Notes: generated by a model from the letters alone, not told the origin. Numbered from the stretch's first letter, positions 1 to 11,097 are shown. The stretch: DNA of 64,000 nucleotides from an uncultured Prevotellaceae bacterium (GCA_947166905.1 CAMVFZ010000010.1:1905-65904), one strand, 5' to 3'. Translations and numbers: made by a program.

Positions 1-2
1 TT

Positions 3-560
3 CACGCAGACCAGATTCAGGGCTTCTTTGATTTCCCCGTAGACCATCTGTACGGAAGCAAAGTATTCCTTCCCTACATCAAGCAGCTGAACCTGGAGAA
101 CCTCTCCATCGCAGCTCCTGATATGGGCGGCGCAAAAAGAGCCAACGTTTATGCAAAAGAGCTTGCATGCCCGGTTATCATCTGCCACAAATCCCGTGAG
201 AAAGCCAATGAGGTAGCTTCCATCACAGCCATCGGAGAAGTAGAGGGCAGAAACATTGTCATCGTAGACGATATGATTGATACCGCCGGCACACTTAAGA
301 AGGCTGCCGATGTTCTTATGGAGAAGGGCGCCGCTTCAGTTCGCGCTTGCGCAACACACGCCGTTCTCTCCGGCAAAGCCTACGAGAACATCGCCTCATC
401 GGCCCTCAAGGAAGTTTTCGTCACCGATACAATTCCTCTTACCACCGATCCCACCAAGGATACCAGCAAGATCAAGGTTGTATCAATGACCGGAACTTTC
501 GCAAACATTATTCATAGAGTATACAACTACGAGCAGATTAGCTCTGAATTCGTACATTAA
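3..560 (+). CDS. prs: ribose-phosphate pyrophosphokinase (PRPP synthetase), C-terminal ~185 aa; 5' end lies outside the window
   Basis: Frame 3 is open from base 3 (HADQIQGFFDFPVDHLYGS...) and runs into ORF 123..560. It contains the PRPP-binding loop 'NIVIVDDMIDTAGT'. Confidence 0.9.
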   Translation, partial: HADQIQGFFDFPVDHLYGSKVFLPYIKQLNLENLSIAAPDMGGAKRANVYAKELACPVIICHKSREKANEVASITAIGEVEGRNIVIVDDMIDTAGTLKKAADVLMEKGAASVRACATHAVLSGKAYENIASSALKEVFVTDTIPLTTDPTKDTSKIKVVSMTGTFANIIHRVYNYEQISSEFVH

Positions 561-565
561 TAGAG

Positions 566-835
566 ATGAAGGTATTCCTTGCAGCGCTTATTATCGTTGC
601 TTTCGGAGTATTCATAATGTGCTTCAACATTATATTCCGGAAGAAAGAATTCCCCAACAGCGACGTGGGGACCAACGAGAACATGCGCAAGATGGGAATA
701 CGCTGCTTCAAGGAAATTGACGCAGAACTTCATCAGCCTAAGAAAAAAGGGAAGAAAGCCGGCTGCACAGGCGAATGGTCCGAAGACTGCGCCGGCTGTT
801 CCCTTTATGAATTTGATAAAGTAAAAAAGATATGA
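566..835 (+). CDS. small membrane protein with Cys-rich C-terminal region (hypothetical)
   Basis: 89-aa ORF with one N-terminal hydrophobic helix ([18 protein letters not shown]) and a C-terminal '[12 protein letters not shown]' cluster. Its stop overlaps the der start (ATGA at 832-835). Confidence 0.45.
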   Translation: MKVFLAALIIVAFGVFIMCFNIIFRKKEFPNSDVGTNENMRKMGIRCFKEIDAELHQPKKKGKKAGCTGEWSEDCAGCSLYEFDKVKKI

Positions 836-2139
836 GCCTTGTAGCAATAGTAGGAAGACCGAACGTGGGTAAATCTACCCTGTTCAACAGACTCGTCGGC
901 ATGCGTCAGGCAATTGTAGACGAGACCGCAGGCGTTACCCGCGACCGCCACTATGGCAAATGCGAATGGTGTGGCCACGAATTTTCTGTAGTAGACACCG
1001 GCGGATGGTCATCCGGCAGCGACGACGCATTCGAGCAGGAAATCCGCAAACAGGTAGTAATCGCCATCGATGAGGCCGACCTGGTGCTCTTTATGGTAGA
1101 GGCCGCCACCGGCATTACTGACTACGACGCAGAGATTGCAGATCTTCTGCGCCGCAGCAAGAAGCCCGTTGTACTATGCGTAAACAAGGTTGACAACGGA
1201 GAAAAAGTCTTCGATACATATCAGTTCTACTCTCTTGGACTGGGTGAACTCTGGAGCATATCCGCAGCAAACGGAAGCGGCACCGGAGACCTTCTGGACG
1301 AGGTTGTACGCCTTCTCCCGGAAGAGACTCAGGCCGAAGACCCCTACGCAGGCCTCCCGCACATCGCAATCGTGGGCAAACCTAACGTAGGAAAATCCTC
1401 ACTTACAAACGCCCTGCTGGGAGAAGAGCGTAACATAGTCACTCCCGTTGCAGGCACTACAAGAGACTCAATATCTACCCACTATAACAAGTTCGGCCAC
1501 GAATTCATCCTGGTAGACACCGCCGGCATGCGCCGCAAGAACAAGGTTTCAGAAGACCTTGAATTCTATTCAGTTATGCGTGCCATCAGGGCGATAGAGC
1601 ATTCCGATGTCTGCATACTTATGATAGACGCAGCCAATGGCATCGAGGCCCAGGACATGGCCATCTTCAACCTTATCAGGAAGAACAAGAAAGGCTGCGT
1701 AGTAGTAGTCAACAAGTGGGATACCGTAGAGAAGGATTCCAAGACGATGAAGACGTATACCGAGGGCATCCAGGCCCGCCTGGCCCCCTTCAACGACGTT
1801 CCCATCATCTTCACGTCCGTAATCAACAAACAGCGCATACTTGACGTTCTTGACGCTGTAGGCAAGGTTTACGACAATTACAGTCGCAAGATCCAGACTT
1901 CTGTACTTAACGAGGTCATGCTTCCGGAGATAGAGAACTATCCCCCGCCGGCATGGAAGGGCAAGTACGTCAAGATCAAGTTCATCACCCAGCTGCCTAC
2001 GGCTTCGCCTTCATTCGCATTCTTCTGCAACCTGCCGCAGTACGTAAAAGAGCCTTACAAGCGCTTCCTGGAGAACAAACTCCGCGAACACTTTGACCTT
2101 ACCGGCTGCCCGATTCAGGTATTCATCAGGCAGAAATAG
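832..2139 (+). CDS. der: ribosome-associated GTPase Der/EngA
   Basis: Two tandem G domains with P-loops 'GRPNVGKST' and 'GKPNVGKSS', DTGG/DTAG and NKVD/NKWD motifs, and a KH-like C-terminus. 435 aa. Confidence 0.95.
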   Translation: MSLVAIVGRPNVGKSTLFNRLVGMRQAIVDETAGVTRDRHYGKCEWCGHEFSVVDTGGWSSGSDDAFEQEIRKQVVIAIDEADLVLFMVEAATGITDYDAEIADLLRRSKKPVVLCVNKVDNGEKVFDTYQFYSLGLGELWSISAANGSGTGDLLDEVVRLLPEETQAEDPYAGLPHIAIVGKPNVGKSSLTNALLGEERNIVTPVAGTTRDSISTHYNKFGHEFILVDTAGMRRKNKVSEDLEFYSVMRAIRAIEHSDVCILMIDAANGIEAQDMAIFNLIRKNKKGCVVVVNKWDTVEKDSKTMKTYTEGIQARLAPFNDVPIIFTSVINKQRILDVLDAVGKVYDNYSRKIQTSVLNEVMLPEIENYPPPAWKGKYVKIKFITQLPTASPSFAFFCNLPQYVKEPYKRFLENKLREHFDLTGCPIQVFIRQK

Positions 2140-5100
2140 GCAGGCGTACTGTGAAGCAGGCTCCGCCAAGGGTGAATGAACGGCTGTAGAAGATTTCGCC
2201 GCCGCATCGCTCAAGAATATTCTTACAGATTGCCAGGCCAAGACCGGTTCCGCTGCTCTTGGTCGTAAAGTTCGGTGTGAACAGGCGTGCGCGGTTCTCG
2301 TCCTTAACACCGGGACCGTTATCCTCTACCACGACATCGTAGAAGCCTTCTCTGGTACTCTTGCGCAGTGATACGTAAACCTTTGCATCCTCTTGGTTTT
2401 CAACAGCCTGGACGGCATTGGTAATAAGGTTTACGAATACTCGGGTAATCTGAGGCTTAGGACCCTCTATGACGGCTCCCTGCAAGCCCATGTACTGGAA
2501 TTCAATCCCCTTTCGGCCGTCGAACAGGGCAATCTGCTCGCTTATCAGTCGATCCAGTTCGATGGTGACGGGTTCCTCGCTGTACAGCTTGGCAAAGGTA
2601 GAGAATTCATTGGCGGTATCGGTAAGAGTATCAATACTTTCCAAAATCACGGGAGCCATGGAATCAAAGCGCTCGCCCCAGGAAGCGTCACCACGGGAAC
2701 GCAGCATAATAAGCCTTTGGATCTGCAGCTTGATAGGCGTAAGCGGGTTCTTGATTTCGTGGGCTACCTGACGCGCCATTTCACTCCAGGCCTTGTCACG
2801 CTCTGCGCGCGCCAGCTGGCGGCTACTTTCCGACAAATCATGCACCATAAGGTTGTATGCCCGGACAAGGGTAGAAAGCTCGTCTTCCCTCTCGTAGATA
2901 ATGTATTCCAGGCCCTCGTCGCGAGCGGAACTCATCTTACGGCCCATATCCAGGATAGGGATGAACATCCTGTCAATAATCCTTGAAGATATCAGCCTTG
3001 CAACCGACAGCAGTATAAAGAAGAGTGTAATGATGAACAGAGAGTGGAAAACAGCCTCTGTCCTAAACTCCAGTCCGGTATCGGTATAAGGAGCGCAAAG
3101 AATGGCCAGCACCTTGCCATCGGCATTGAACAAAGGTGCATACATTGCATAATACTGCCTGCCGAACGACTTTTCCTTATGAATGAAGAAGCGCTTGTTC
3201 TCATACATTATGCTCCTGTACGCATCCTCATCGGCCCTGAGGCCCCAAAGCATACGCTCAAAGACCTCTGCCCTGGTAGTCTTGAATACACGACCGTCCG
3301 TTGTATAAAGGGTAAGGTCGGATTCAGTATGGTCGCCGATGGCAGACAGCATCTGGGCCGCCTGCTGGGTATCGAAGTCCTCGTAGGAAGAGTAATATCT
3401 AATCTCTGACTGTACCAGCGACTGGATAGTGTTGATCTTACTGGTCATCAGGTTGTTGATATTGGACTCGTTACGCTTGTAAACGAACCATACGCTGATA
3501 AGCGCCAGCACGACCATTGTTCCGCCCAGCGACAGGAACAGCACCGTATTGAAGGTGGACTTATAGTAGTTTTTGGTAAAGGCGGACCGCCTCTTACGAT
3601 CAATAGAAACAAGCCCGAGCAGGAACATTACGGCAAGGGCGATCATGAATGAAGCCACCAGGTAATTGGAGAACTCCACCTCCGGACGCGAAATAACGAT
3701 AAATTCCCCTCCAGACACTTTCTTGAAGAAGTGCTCGTAGCCGTCAACGTTCATCTGACTAGAAGGCATGGCGGCGCTTACCTCCTTGAACTTATCCTTG
3801 AGCACCGTAGGGTAAGCATAGTTTCCCTTGTAGTTTACCAGCTTATCATTCAGGTACTTAGCGTAAGAATAAGTATGCGGGAGATGTACGCTTCCGGGAG
3901 TTGAACTACCCAGGATAGCATAATAGCCGATGTCATCCTTGTCAATCTTGGCCTCTATGGTCAGCACCATATTCACCCTGCCGGTAGCCGGTGAATAATA
4001 AACGAAGTGGCCGGTATACTGGGCCATGCCGTTGGCGGACCTGCTGTAGTAGAAGCGGGAATTATCGGCGATTGGAGTGCCCCTGGCAAGTAAATCGGCA
4101 ATGTATGATATTACGCCGGGATCGCCCTCGTTGTCCTTGAACAGCAAAAGGCCCACCTCGTATTCCTGGGACATTCGTCCAAGATAGCCCTCGGTTATAC
4201 GATTAAGGAGGATGCGGTAATCTACGTTTCGCAGCACAAGGTTGGCCATTACGGCATCGGCGGCGATATTGTTCTCTACCGTCATCAGCTGAAGCTCGAA
4301 GGCCAGATTCCTTTCTACAGCAAGTCTGTTCGCCCATATATTGACGCGCCTCTCTTCACGCTTCATGCCCTCTATAGAAGAGAAGGTAACCAGAGCCGCC
4401 GCACACACTATCATGGCTATCATCCGGCCGATATGCGAGAGGAAATTGACCCGCCAGCCAAAGAGGGCCAAGAACCATGGACGCAGCATCTGAAGAATCA
4501 GTATGCAGGCGGAGAACAGCATGATGTATGATATGTATACGTATATGGAATAAGCGCTCAGCTCCGCTATCTTAAAGAGTTCAAGGCAGATATTGGAGTT
4601 GACGATTATACTCTTGAAGGAGATGTAGAAGTAAATCAGTATGGCCGGAAGGGTTACGGCCGGCATGAGTAGAAAGAGATAGAATGCGCCCTTGCCCTTG
4701 CTGTGCACCGCCTTTGTAATAGGAATCCTAACGCAGTACAGGGTATAAATCAGCAGAGCAATCGCCAGGTTTATTAGCAATACTGCGCCAAGGGAGTAGA
4801 AAATGGAGCCATCGGCATATACCGACGGTGAAAACAACCCCTCTACGTTTGCCATCCACCGGCCAAGAATGTAATAACCGCCAAGGACTATAAGTATCCA
4901 GACCTGGGTTACCAGCATGCCCTTGATGCTGCGGTGGGTAAAAAGGTATACGAAGGCCGCAGTGAGCATTATCAGAAGGGCTATCCAGACAACTACGGTT
5001 TCCGGAATCAGCGGAGGCACCTGGGCGTTCTCCTGGATTACCTTCATCATAGGCTGGCCGTTAACGCTCACCTCTGCTCCGCCGCTATACCCTACGGGAT

Positions 5101-5665
5101 AGACAGAGAAGCGGTCCGATAGCCTAAGGGCCGGATTAACGCCATTGGCCGACAGTGTGTTGATGGTATTCTTGACCTCCAGACCGGCGATAACCTTGAA
5201 TTCGCCCTCTTCCCTACTCTTTGCCAGATACCATTTGGGGCCGATGCTGCGGAAACTGAGTTCCGGGCCGATGTCGGCCAACGGCATGGACCAGGTATTG
5301 CTGAGGCTAGGTGCAAGCCGGAAGAGGCTGCGGGTATCGATTTCGTCGTCGCTAACCGGGAACTGATGGCACCAGGACTGCAAAGTATCGGCCCTGTACC
5401 GGTAGATAACCATGTCCTCCGGAAGATTGTCCAGCCTCATCCATGGATCGTCCGATTTCTCCAGGGCCTGCTGGATGTACTCGTCCAGAAGCTCTACCCT
5501 TGCCGAAAGGCGGGAAGACAGATTGCGGGCGGCGGTATCGGTATAATCCGAGCTTCTTCCAAAGATAAAGGACAGGCCGATGAAGACAATGGCTGCGACC
5601 TGGAGCACAATCGCCAGATTGTTCTTCAGGAAACCTTTGATCTTTGCCGGTGTCAATCCGCCCAT
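2126..5665 (-). CDS. large multi-pass membrane sensor histidine kinase
   Basis: 1179 aa. C-terminal H-box '[10 protein letters not shown]', N-box 'NLITNAVQA', G1 'DNGPGV' and G2 'GTGLGLAI'. At least 9 hydrophobic segments separate three soluble (probably extracytoplasmic) regions upstream of the kinase core. The start abuts the rlmH stop. Confidence 0.85.
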   Translation of the reverse strand: MGGLTPAKIKGFLKNNLAIVLQVAAIVFIGLSFIFGRSSDYTDTAARNLSSRLSARVELLDEYIQQALEKSDDPWMRLDNLPEDMVIYRYRADTLQSWCHQFPVSDDEIDTRSLFRLAPSLSNTWSMPLADIGPELSFRSIGPKWYLAKSREEGEFKVIAGLEVKNTINTLSANGVNPALRLSDRFSVYPVGYSGGAEVSVNGQPMMKVIQENAQVPPLIPETVVVWIALLIMLTAAFVYLFTHRSIKGMLVTQVWILIVLGGYYILGRWMANVEGLFSPSVYADGSIFYSLGAVLLINLAIALLIYTLYCVRIPITKAVHSKGKGAFYLFLLMPAVTLPAILIYFYISFKSIIVNSNICLELFKIAELSAYSIYVYISYIMLFSACILILQMLRPWFLALFGWRVNFLSHIGRMIAMIVCAAALVTFSSIEGMKREERRVNIWANRLAVERNLAFELQLMTVENNIAADAVMANLVLRNVDYRILLNRITEGYLGRMSQEYEVGLLLFKDNEGDPGVISYIADLLARGTPIADNSRFYYSRSANGMAQYTGHFVYYSPATGRVNMVLTIEAKIDKDDIGYYAILGSSTPGSVHLPHTYSYAKYLNDKLVNYKGNYAYPTVLKDKFKEVSAAMPSSQMNVDGYEHFFKKVSGGEFIVISRPEVEFSNYLVASFMIALAVMFLLGLVSIDRKRRSAFTKNYYKSTFNTVLFLSLGGTMVVLALISVWFVYKRNESNINNLMTSKINTIQSLVQSEIRYYSSYEDFDTQQAAQMLSAIGDHTESDLTLYTTDGRVFKTTRAEVFERMLWGLRADEDAYRSIMYENKRFFIHKEKSFGRQYYAMYAPLFNADGKVLAILCAPYTDTGLEFRTEAVFHSLFIITLFFILLSVARLISSRIIDRMFIPILDMGRKMSSARDEGLEYIIYEREDELSTLVRAYNLMVHDLSESSRQLARAERDKAWSEMARQVAHEIKNPLTPIKLQIQRLIMLRSRGDASWGERFDSMAPVILESIDTLTDTANEFSTFAKLYSEEPVTIELDRLISEQIALFDGRKGIEFQYMGLQGAVIEGPKPQITRVFVNLITNAVQAVENQEDAKVYVSLRKSTREGFYDVVVEDNGPGVKDENRARLFTPNFTTKSSGTGLGLAICKNILERCGGEIFYSRSFTLGGACFTVRLPISA

Positions 5666-6139
5666 TTATTCGTTGTGATAAGGCTCGCCGCGCATAATTG
5701 TAAATGCGCGATAAAGCTGTTCTGCAAAAATCGTTCTCACTATCTGGTGAGAAAAGGTCATATCCGACAGCGAAAGCTTTCCGGTTGCCCTTGCGTACAC
5801 TTTCTCAGAGAAACCATAGGCTCCGCCAATTACAAAGACGATGTCCCTGCCGCTCCCGGCCATCTTTTTTTCCAGGAAGGACGCAAACTCAAGTGATCTG
5901 TACTTGCGTCCGTGCTCGTCCAGCAGTATTACATCATCCGTCGGCTTAATGGCAGAGAGAATCTTTTCTCCTTCCTTCTCTTTGATTTGCGCGGGGGACA
6001 TTGCGCCCACACCCTTGAGCTCCGGAATCTCGCTTACGGTAAAGGGGATGTAATGGACCAGGCGGGAGCGATAAAGCTCCAGCCCTTCCTTAACCCATGG
6101 CATATCGGTCTTGCCTACCGTAAGAAGGGTAATCCTCAT
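5666..6139 (-). CDS. rlmH: 23S rRNA (pseudouridine1915-N3)-methyltransferase RlmH
   Basis: 157 aa SPOUT-type protein: 'MRITLLTVGKT...', 'FVIGGAYGF', C-terminal 'GEPYHNE'. Confidence 0.9.
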   Translation of the reverse strand: MRITLLTVGKTDMPWVKEGLELYRSRLVHYIPFTVSEIPELKGVGAMSPAQIKEKEGEKILSAIKPTDDVILLDEHGRKYRSLEFASFLEKKMAGSGRDIVFVIGGAYGFSEKVYARATGKLSLSDMTFSHQIVRTIFAEQLYRAFTIMRGEPYHNE

Positions 6140-6223
6140 ACTGTCAGTACCTTTTTTGCAAATATATAAAATAAAGAGGTTTTAGGCTCGAAATTTGCAA
6201 GAAAAATTGAGCCGGATAAAGGA

Positions 6224-6646
6224 ATGAAACTGAAAACAATCATACTGGCGGCTATTGTCGCCCTTGTTTGCACGGCCAATAACGCTGCCGGGCAGAACAA
6301 TCAACAGCGCACATCGTCCTATGATGTTTTCAATCCAATTACCAAATACATCCGACTTGGAGACGTAGAAAAACTGTCGGCATGGTTCTCTGACAATCTG
6401 GAAATTACAATACTCCATACAACGAACGACGCCAGTAAGAATCAGGCTAAACAGATACTGAAATCCTTCTTTGAAACATATACTCCCCGCGCCTTCAACA
6501 TTGAACACACGGCCGGACGCGAATCGATGAAATACGCCCTTGGCTCCATGAAAGCCGGCGGAGATGTATTCAGGGTAACAATCTTCGTAAATCTGGAAGG
6601 AACGAATTACCTGATACAACAGATAAAAATAGAAAAACGGGACTAA
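6224..6646 (+). CDS. DUF4783-like secreted protein
   Basis: 140 aa with a signal peptide (MKLKTIILAAIVALVCTANNAAGQ). The overall pattern is recalled from the Bacteroidetes DUF4783 family, which often sits next to rlmH. Confidence 0.55.
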   Translation: MKLKTIILAAIVALVCTANNAAGQNNQQRTSSYDVFNPITKYIRLGDVEKLSAWFSDNLEITILHTTNDASKNQAKQILKSFFETYTPRAFNIEHTAGRESMKYALGSMKAGGDVFRVTIFVNLEGTNYLIQQIKIEKRD

Positions 6647-6670
6647 AATTTAGCCCCGTTTATTTTTTTT
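6635..6670. terminator. hairpin plus T-run between convergent genes (DUF4783-like / efp)
   Basis: 'aaacgggac' (6635-6643) pairs with 'gccccgttt' (6653-6661) with one mismatch, followed by T8 at 6663-6670. Confidence 0.4.
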
Positions 6671-6683
6671 ACGCTATCTGCGG

Positions 6684-7250
6684 TTATACGCGCTGGCCGT
6701 ATGAGCGGTCTGTGGTATTAACAGTAATCTTCTCTCCGGTGTTGATGAAGAGAGGAACCATAATCTTTGCACCGGTCTCAAGAGTAACCTCTTTGAGTGC
6801 ACTGGTAGATGCGGTGTTGCCCTTTACAGCAGGCTCTGAATAAGTAACCTCCAGAGTAACGTATGTAGGGAGCTCGCAGGTGAGGCATCTCTCCTCAGGC
6901 TCCGTAACGAACATCATCTCTACGTGCTGGCCTTCCTTCATAAGGTCTGCGTTCTCAACCAGATCCTTGGGAAGAGAAATCTGCTCGTAGGTTTCCTCGT
7001 GCATGAAGTTGTAGCCGTCCTCGTCGCCATAAAGGAACTGATAAGGCCTGCGCTCAACAGTGATGGTGTCGATCTTTGCACCAGCGGTAAAGGTGTTCTC
7101 AAGGATACGTCCGTTTTCAAGGTTGCGAAGTTTGGTCTTCACGAAAGCGGGGCCTTTGCCGGGTTTTACATGCTGGAACCATACGATAGAGCACGGTTTT
7201 CCATTGAAATTAAGATAAAGTCCGTTTTTAAAATCAGCTGTTGTTGCCAT
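6684..7250 (-). CDS. efp: elongation factor P
   Basis: Start moved from the ORF-track Met to internal Met36 ('MATTADFKNGLYLNFNG...'; CAT at 7248-7250). Contains the conserved 'VKPGKGPAFVKTKLRNL' loop. 188 aa. Confidence 0.9.
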   Translation of the reverse strand: MATTADFKNGLYLNFNGKPCSIVWFQHVKPGKGPAFVKTKLRNLENGRILENTFTAGAKIDTITVERRPYQFLYGDEDGYNFMHEETYEQISLPKDLVENADLMKEGQHVEMMFVTEPEERCLTCELPTYVTLEVTYSEPAVKGNTASTSALKEVTLETGAKIMVPLFINTGEKITVNTTDRSYGQRV

Positions 7251-7276
7251 ATAAAGTTTTGTTTTGACCTGCGAAG

Positions 7277-8170
7277 TTAAGAAACTGTTTTGAAACCGCC
7301 AAGAACACAGGCAATTTTCTCCAAAAGCCACTTGGGAGTGGAGGTTGCGCCGCACACTCCGATACGGTCTCCGTCACGTAACCAGGAGGGGTCTATTTCC
7401 GATTCCGAGCTCACCCTGTATGTGCGTGGATTGACGCTCTTGCAGAGCTGGAAAAGCACACTGCCATTAGAGCTGTATTTGCCTGATACAAAGATAATTA
7501 CATCATGAGAAGCGGCAAAATCCGCCAGCTGGGCATGGCGTGAAGACACCTGTAGGCAGATGGTATTGTGAACGTTGATAAGGGATTCGTCTTTCATTAT
7601 TCCGCGCAGCACCTGGCAAATCTCTGCAAAAGTTTCCGGGCTACCGGTAGTCTGGGAGAACAAGGCCACCGGGGCGGATGTATTTATCTGGCCGTCGTCG
7701 ATGAATTTTTTAAGCATTTCAACGGTCTCTACCACGATGGCATCGCCACCTGTCTGGCCCACCAGTCCAAGGACCTCTGCATGGCCGATTCGGCCGAAGA
7801 TGATGATTTTTCCGCCACGCGGAGTGACATCGGCATAGGCCTCACGTATTCTTTGCTGGAGTTGCAATACTACCGGACAGGTGCAGTCTATGATCTCTAT
7901 TCCCTTTTCTTCCGCCAGTTTGTAGGTGGACGGAGGCTCGCCATGCGCACGGATGAGAACAGGACCGCCATCGGTCTCAGAAAGCGATTTTATGGTTTTG
8001 AGGCCTTTGTGCGACAGGCGGGAAAGTTCTTCCTCGTTGTGTACGATGGCGCCCAGGGAACTAAGAGTGCAACCGGGGTTGTCCTGAAGATAGTTCTCTG
8101 CGCGGCCTATGGCGCGGATCACTCCGCCGCAGAAGCCTGAACGCTGGTCTATTTCTATTTCAAGGTTCAT
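7277..8170 (-). CDS. ispH: 4-hydroxy-3-methylbut-2-enyl diphosphate reductase
   Basis: 'MNLEIEIDQRSGFCGGVIRAI...HNE...CTCPVV...' is typical of IspH/LytB. The Met6 start (CAT 8168-8170) is preferred because it avoids overlap with cmk; the ORF-track start 8185 remains possible. Confidence 0.88.
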   Translation of the reverse strand: MNLEIEIDQRSGFCGGVIRAIGRAENYLQDNPGCTLSSLGAIVHNEEELSRLSHKGLKTIKSLSETDGGPVLIRAHGEPPSTYKLAEEKGIEIIDCTCPVVLQLQQRIREAYADVTPRGGKIIIFGRIGHAEVLGLVGQTGGDAIVVETVEMLKKFIDDGQINTSAPVALFSQTTGSPETFAEICQVLRGIMKDESLINVHNTICLQVSSRHAQLADFAASHDVIIFVSGKYSSNGSVLFQLCKSVNPRTYRVSSESEIDPSWLRDGDRIGVCGATSTPKWLLEKIACVLGGFKTVS

Positions 8171-8171
8171 A

Positions 8172-8888
8172 CTAGATGCTTTCAAAGATCTGGAAGCGTC
8201 CCATTACCAGGCCTTTAACCCAGACAAGTTCCTCGTGAAGATTCATATCGGAATTGTCCAGCACAAAGGCGTCTTTTGCCTGACGAAGGGGGTTGGTCTC
8301 GCGGTGGGAGTCTATGTAGTCGCGCTCTTTGAGGTTCTTCATTACCTCTTCCATTGGAGAGGGCTGGCCCTTTGAAACCAGCTCGTCATACCTGCGCTGC
8401 GCACGCACCTGGTCAGATGCGGTAACAAAAAGCTTGAGCTGAGCGTCCGGGAAAACGGCGGTTCCTATGTCCCTGCCGTCCATTACAACGCGGCCCTGAC
8501 GGCCCCAGGCATGGAGCTTTTCGTCCACAAAAGCCCTAACAAAAGCAAGCGCGGCAACGGGGCTTACATAGGAAGACACTTCCATGCTGCGGATTTCCTT
8601 CTCTATGCAGCGCTCCCCTATGAACGTATGGTTTTCTGCGCCAAAGCGGATGTCCAGTCCGTCAGTCTCAAGAGCTTTGCGAAGAGCCTGGGCATCTATT
8701 TCCCCGCCCTTTACATAGCCGCTCTCCATTGCGAAAAGCGTTACGGCCCTGTACATTGCGCCTGAATCCAGATAGGTAAAACCGAAGTCTGAGGCTATGA
8801 GTTTGGCCAGGGTGCTCTTTCCCGTAGCGGAATAGCCGTCTATTGCGATGATAATGTCTGGTATTGCGTTCATTGTTTCTTTGGTCAT
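8172..8888 (-). CDS. cmk: cytidylate kinase
   Basis: P-loop 'IAIDGYSATGKSTLAKL', 'YLDSGAMYRA', 'DGRDIGT'. 238 aa; an alternative Met6 start is possible. Confidence 0.9.
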   Translation of the reverse strand: MTKETMNAIPDIIIAIDGYSATGKSTLAKLIASDFGFTYLDSGAMYRAVTLFAMESGYVKGGEIDAQALRKALETDGLDIRFGAENHTFIGERCIEKEIRSMEVSSYVSPVAALAFVRAFVDEKLHAWGRQGRVVMDGRDIGTAVFPDAQLKLFVTASDQVRAQRRYDELVSKGQPSPMEEVMKNLKERDYIDSHRETNPLRQAKDAFVLDNSDMNLHEELVWVKGLVMGRFQIFESI

Positions 8889-8979
8889 ATCCTTACAAAT
8901 TTACTGATTTAATTCTAAAACTGAAATTTTTGTCCGATATTTGTAATAGCAGATATATTGAAAAAGAAAACAACTGGTT

Positions 8980-10125
8980 ATGAAAATACTGATAGTAGAT
9001 GACGAAAGGGCGATACGCAATTCGCTTAAGGAAATATTGTTGGACGAAGGATATCAGGCCGATGTAGCCGAGGACGGACCTTCCGCCCTTGAGGCTGCCG
9101 CCAAAGAAAGATACGATGTTATTTTCTGCGACATCAAGATGCCAGGAATGGAGGGCACAGAGGTTTTGGAAAAACTGGTAGAAGAGGGCATAGACTCTGC
9201 CGTAGTGATGATTTCCGGCCACGGAGACATCCAGACAGCAGTAGAATGCATCAAGAAAGGCGCCTTTGACTTCATCCAGAAGCCGCTGGACCTCAACCGT
9301 ATCCTTATCACCATCAAGAACGCCACTGACCGCGTTAAACTTGTAGCAGATAACAAGATCCTTAAAAAGAAGGTATACGGCCAGGAAATGATAGGCCACT
9401 CCACCGCCCTTACGCATATCAGGGAGATGATAGACAAGGTTGCCCCCACCGATGCCCGCGTTCTTGTAACAGGCGCCAACGGCTCCGGTAAAGAGCTGGT
9501 AGCCAGAAGCTTGCACCAGAAGAGCGCCCGCAGCGCAATGCCTTATATAGAGGTAAACTGCGCCGCCATTCCTTCCGAGCTTATAGAAAGCGAACTCTTC
9601 GGCCATGAGAAAGGCTCATTCACCTCTGCCATCAAGCAGCACAAGGGCAAGTTCGAGCAGGCAGACGGCGGCACCCTCTTCCTGGACGAGGTCGGAGATA
9701 TGTCTCTTGCAGCCCAGGCCAAGGTGCTTCGCGTACTGCAGGAGAAAAAACTTTCCCGCGTAGGCAGCGACAAAGACATAGAGGTTAACGTACGAGTAAT
9801 TGCCGCAACCAACAAAGACCTGCGCGCAGAGATTGCCGCCGGCAACTTCCGTGAAGACCTTTACCACCGCTTGAGCGTTATCGTAATCCAGGTTCCTTCA
9901 CTGGATGACAGAAAAGAAGATATCCCGGAGCTTGTAAACTACTTCTCAGAGCAGATTTGCGCCGAGGCCGGCCGCGCCGCCAGAGCCTTTACGCCGGAGG
10001 CCATCGAACTTCTGCAGCAGCGCTCCTGGACCGGTAACATCCGCGAGCTCCGCAACATAGTCGAGCGCCTGCTAATCCTAGGCGGCAATTCCATCACCGC
10101 CGAAGACGTAAAACTGTACGTTTAA
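8980..10125 (+). CDS. sigma-54-type enhancer-binding response regulator (REC + AAA+), no C-terminal HTH
   Basis: REC domain 'MKILIVDDE...DIKMPGM', Walker A 'GANGSGKE', Walker B 'LFLDEV', GAFTGA-position loop 'GSFTSA' (nt 9613-9630), sensor-II '[12 protein letters not shown]'. The protein ends about 20 aa later. Confidence 0.85.
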   Translation: MKILIVDDERAIRNSLKEILLDEGYQADVAEDGPSALEAAAKERYDVIFCDIKMPGMEGTEVLEKLVEEGIDSAVVMISGHGDIQTAVECIKKGAFDFIQKPLDLNRILITIKNATDRVKLVADNKILKKKVYGQEMIGHSTALTHIREMIDKVAPTDARVLVTGANGSGKELVARSLHQKSARSAMPYIEVNCAAIPSELIESELFGHEKGSFTSAIKQHKGKFEQADGGTLFLDEVGDMSLAAQAKVLRVLQEKKLSRVGSDKDIEVNVRVIAATNKDLRAEIAAGNFREDLYHRLSVIVIQVPSLDDRKEDIPELVNYFSEQICAEAGRAARAFTPEAIELLQQRSWTGNIRELRNIVERLLILGGNSITAEDVKLYV

Positions 10126-10162
10126 GGCACTACGAGAGTTTAGATAAATCTGTTTTATAAGG

Positions 10163-10206
10163 AATGTGCAGAAAACCGCAAGGGAATCTGCACATTTCCT
10201 GTTTTT
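10163..10206 (+). terminator. rho-independent-type terminator after the response regulator gene
   Basis: A perfect 10-bp stem: 'aatgtgcaga' (10163-10172) pairs with 'tctgcacatt' (10187-10196), followed by 'tcctgttttt'. Confidence 0.5.
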
Positions 10207-10440
10207 AATGTAGGATAACGAAGAAAAACAGCCTTAAAGTAACGTAATCCCCCTTTATTTATATGGATTGAGCAAATAACAGCGCGAATATTTGCACAGT
10301 CTGTCACACCTTGGTATTTCTTTCTACTAGCGGTTTTAAGTTATCATATGATTCTGGAAGTGAAAAGCATTACGTTCGTTTAGTTAAGGGGACATTTAAT
10401 AATCCCCAGAATTTGTAGCAAGCGGAAAGGTGTCTTTTAT

Positions 10441-11097
10441 TTACGAAAGGAGATCCGCGGGGCGGCAGCCGAGGACGCGGCAGAGATGTTGGACGTTTTC
10501 TGCCGCAGCATTATCCAAAGCACGCTGTCCTTGCTCGTAGGCTCGGATATTCCTGAGGGTATTTCCAGATAGTTCAGCCAACTCTTTCTGAGTTAAGCCG
10601 GCATTTGTTCTGGCTTGCTTTAAAAGGTTGGCTTTTGACGTATTCTCACTTAGACATTTTTCGGCGAAACGAACAGCTTTTGACAGATCGGCTTCGTGCA
10701 ATGTAGAATAACGCTTCCATATTGACATTACGGTTACACCTCTGGATTCAAGCGTTTTGTAGTCTATACACAGATACCAGGAAAGATATGCAAGCGTCCA
10801 GCCGGTCCAGTATTCCTTACTGCCTATGTCTACGTAATCATCTTTTGCGGGGAGATTATCACCGGTCCTGCGAGCAACCAATGATGCCAATTCTACCCCG
10901 GACATCCCGGACAAATATTTTGGATTTGCCGATGACAATGCTTTGGCTACGCCGCTACCAAGAAAACGGGCATAGAAAAGACCCAAATCTTCTCCGCAGG
11001 TATTGACGGCATAATCCAACATCCCGCCCAAAGATGCCATTGCATCATCCAGGTACGCTATATTATAAGCGCGAGTCATCGTTAGTCCAGTTTTCAT
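10441..11097 (-). CDS. XRE-family HTH protein with an uncharacterised ~150-aa N-terminal domain (putative antitoxin/regulator)
   Basis: C-terminal 'LLKQARTNAGLTQKELAELSGNTLRNIRAYEQGQR' is a classic Cro/C1-type HTH. The start overlaps the upstream gene by 35 nt. Confidence 0.7.
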   Translation of the reverse strand: MKTGLTMTRAYNIAYLDDAMASLGGMLDYAVNTCGEDLGLFYARFLGSGVAKALSSANPKYLSGMSGVELASLVARRTGDNLPAKDDYVDIGSKEYWTGWTLAYLSWYLCIDYKTLESRGVTVMSIWKRYSTLHEADLSKAVRFAEKCLSENTSKANLLKQARTNAGLTQKELAELSGNTLRNIRAYEQGQRALDNAAAENVQHLCRVLGCRPADLLS

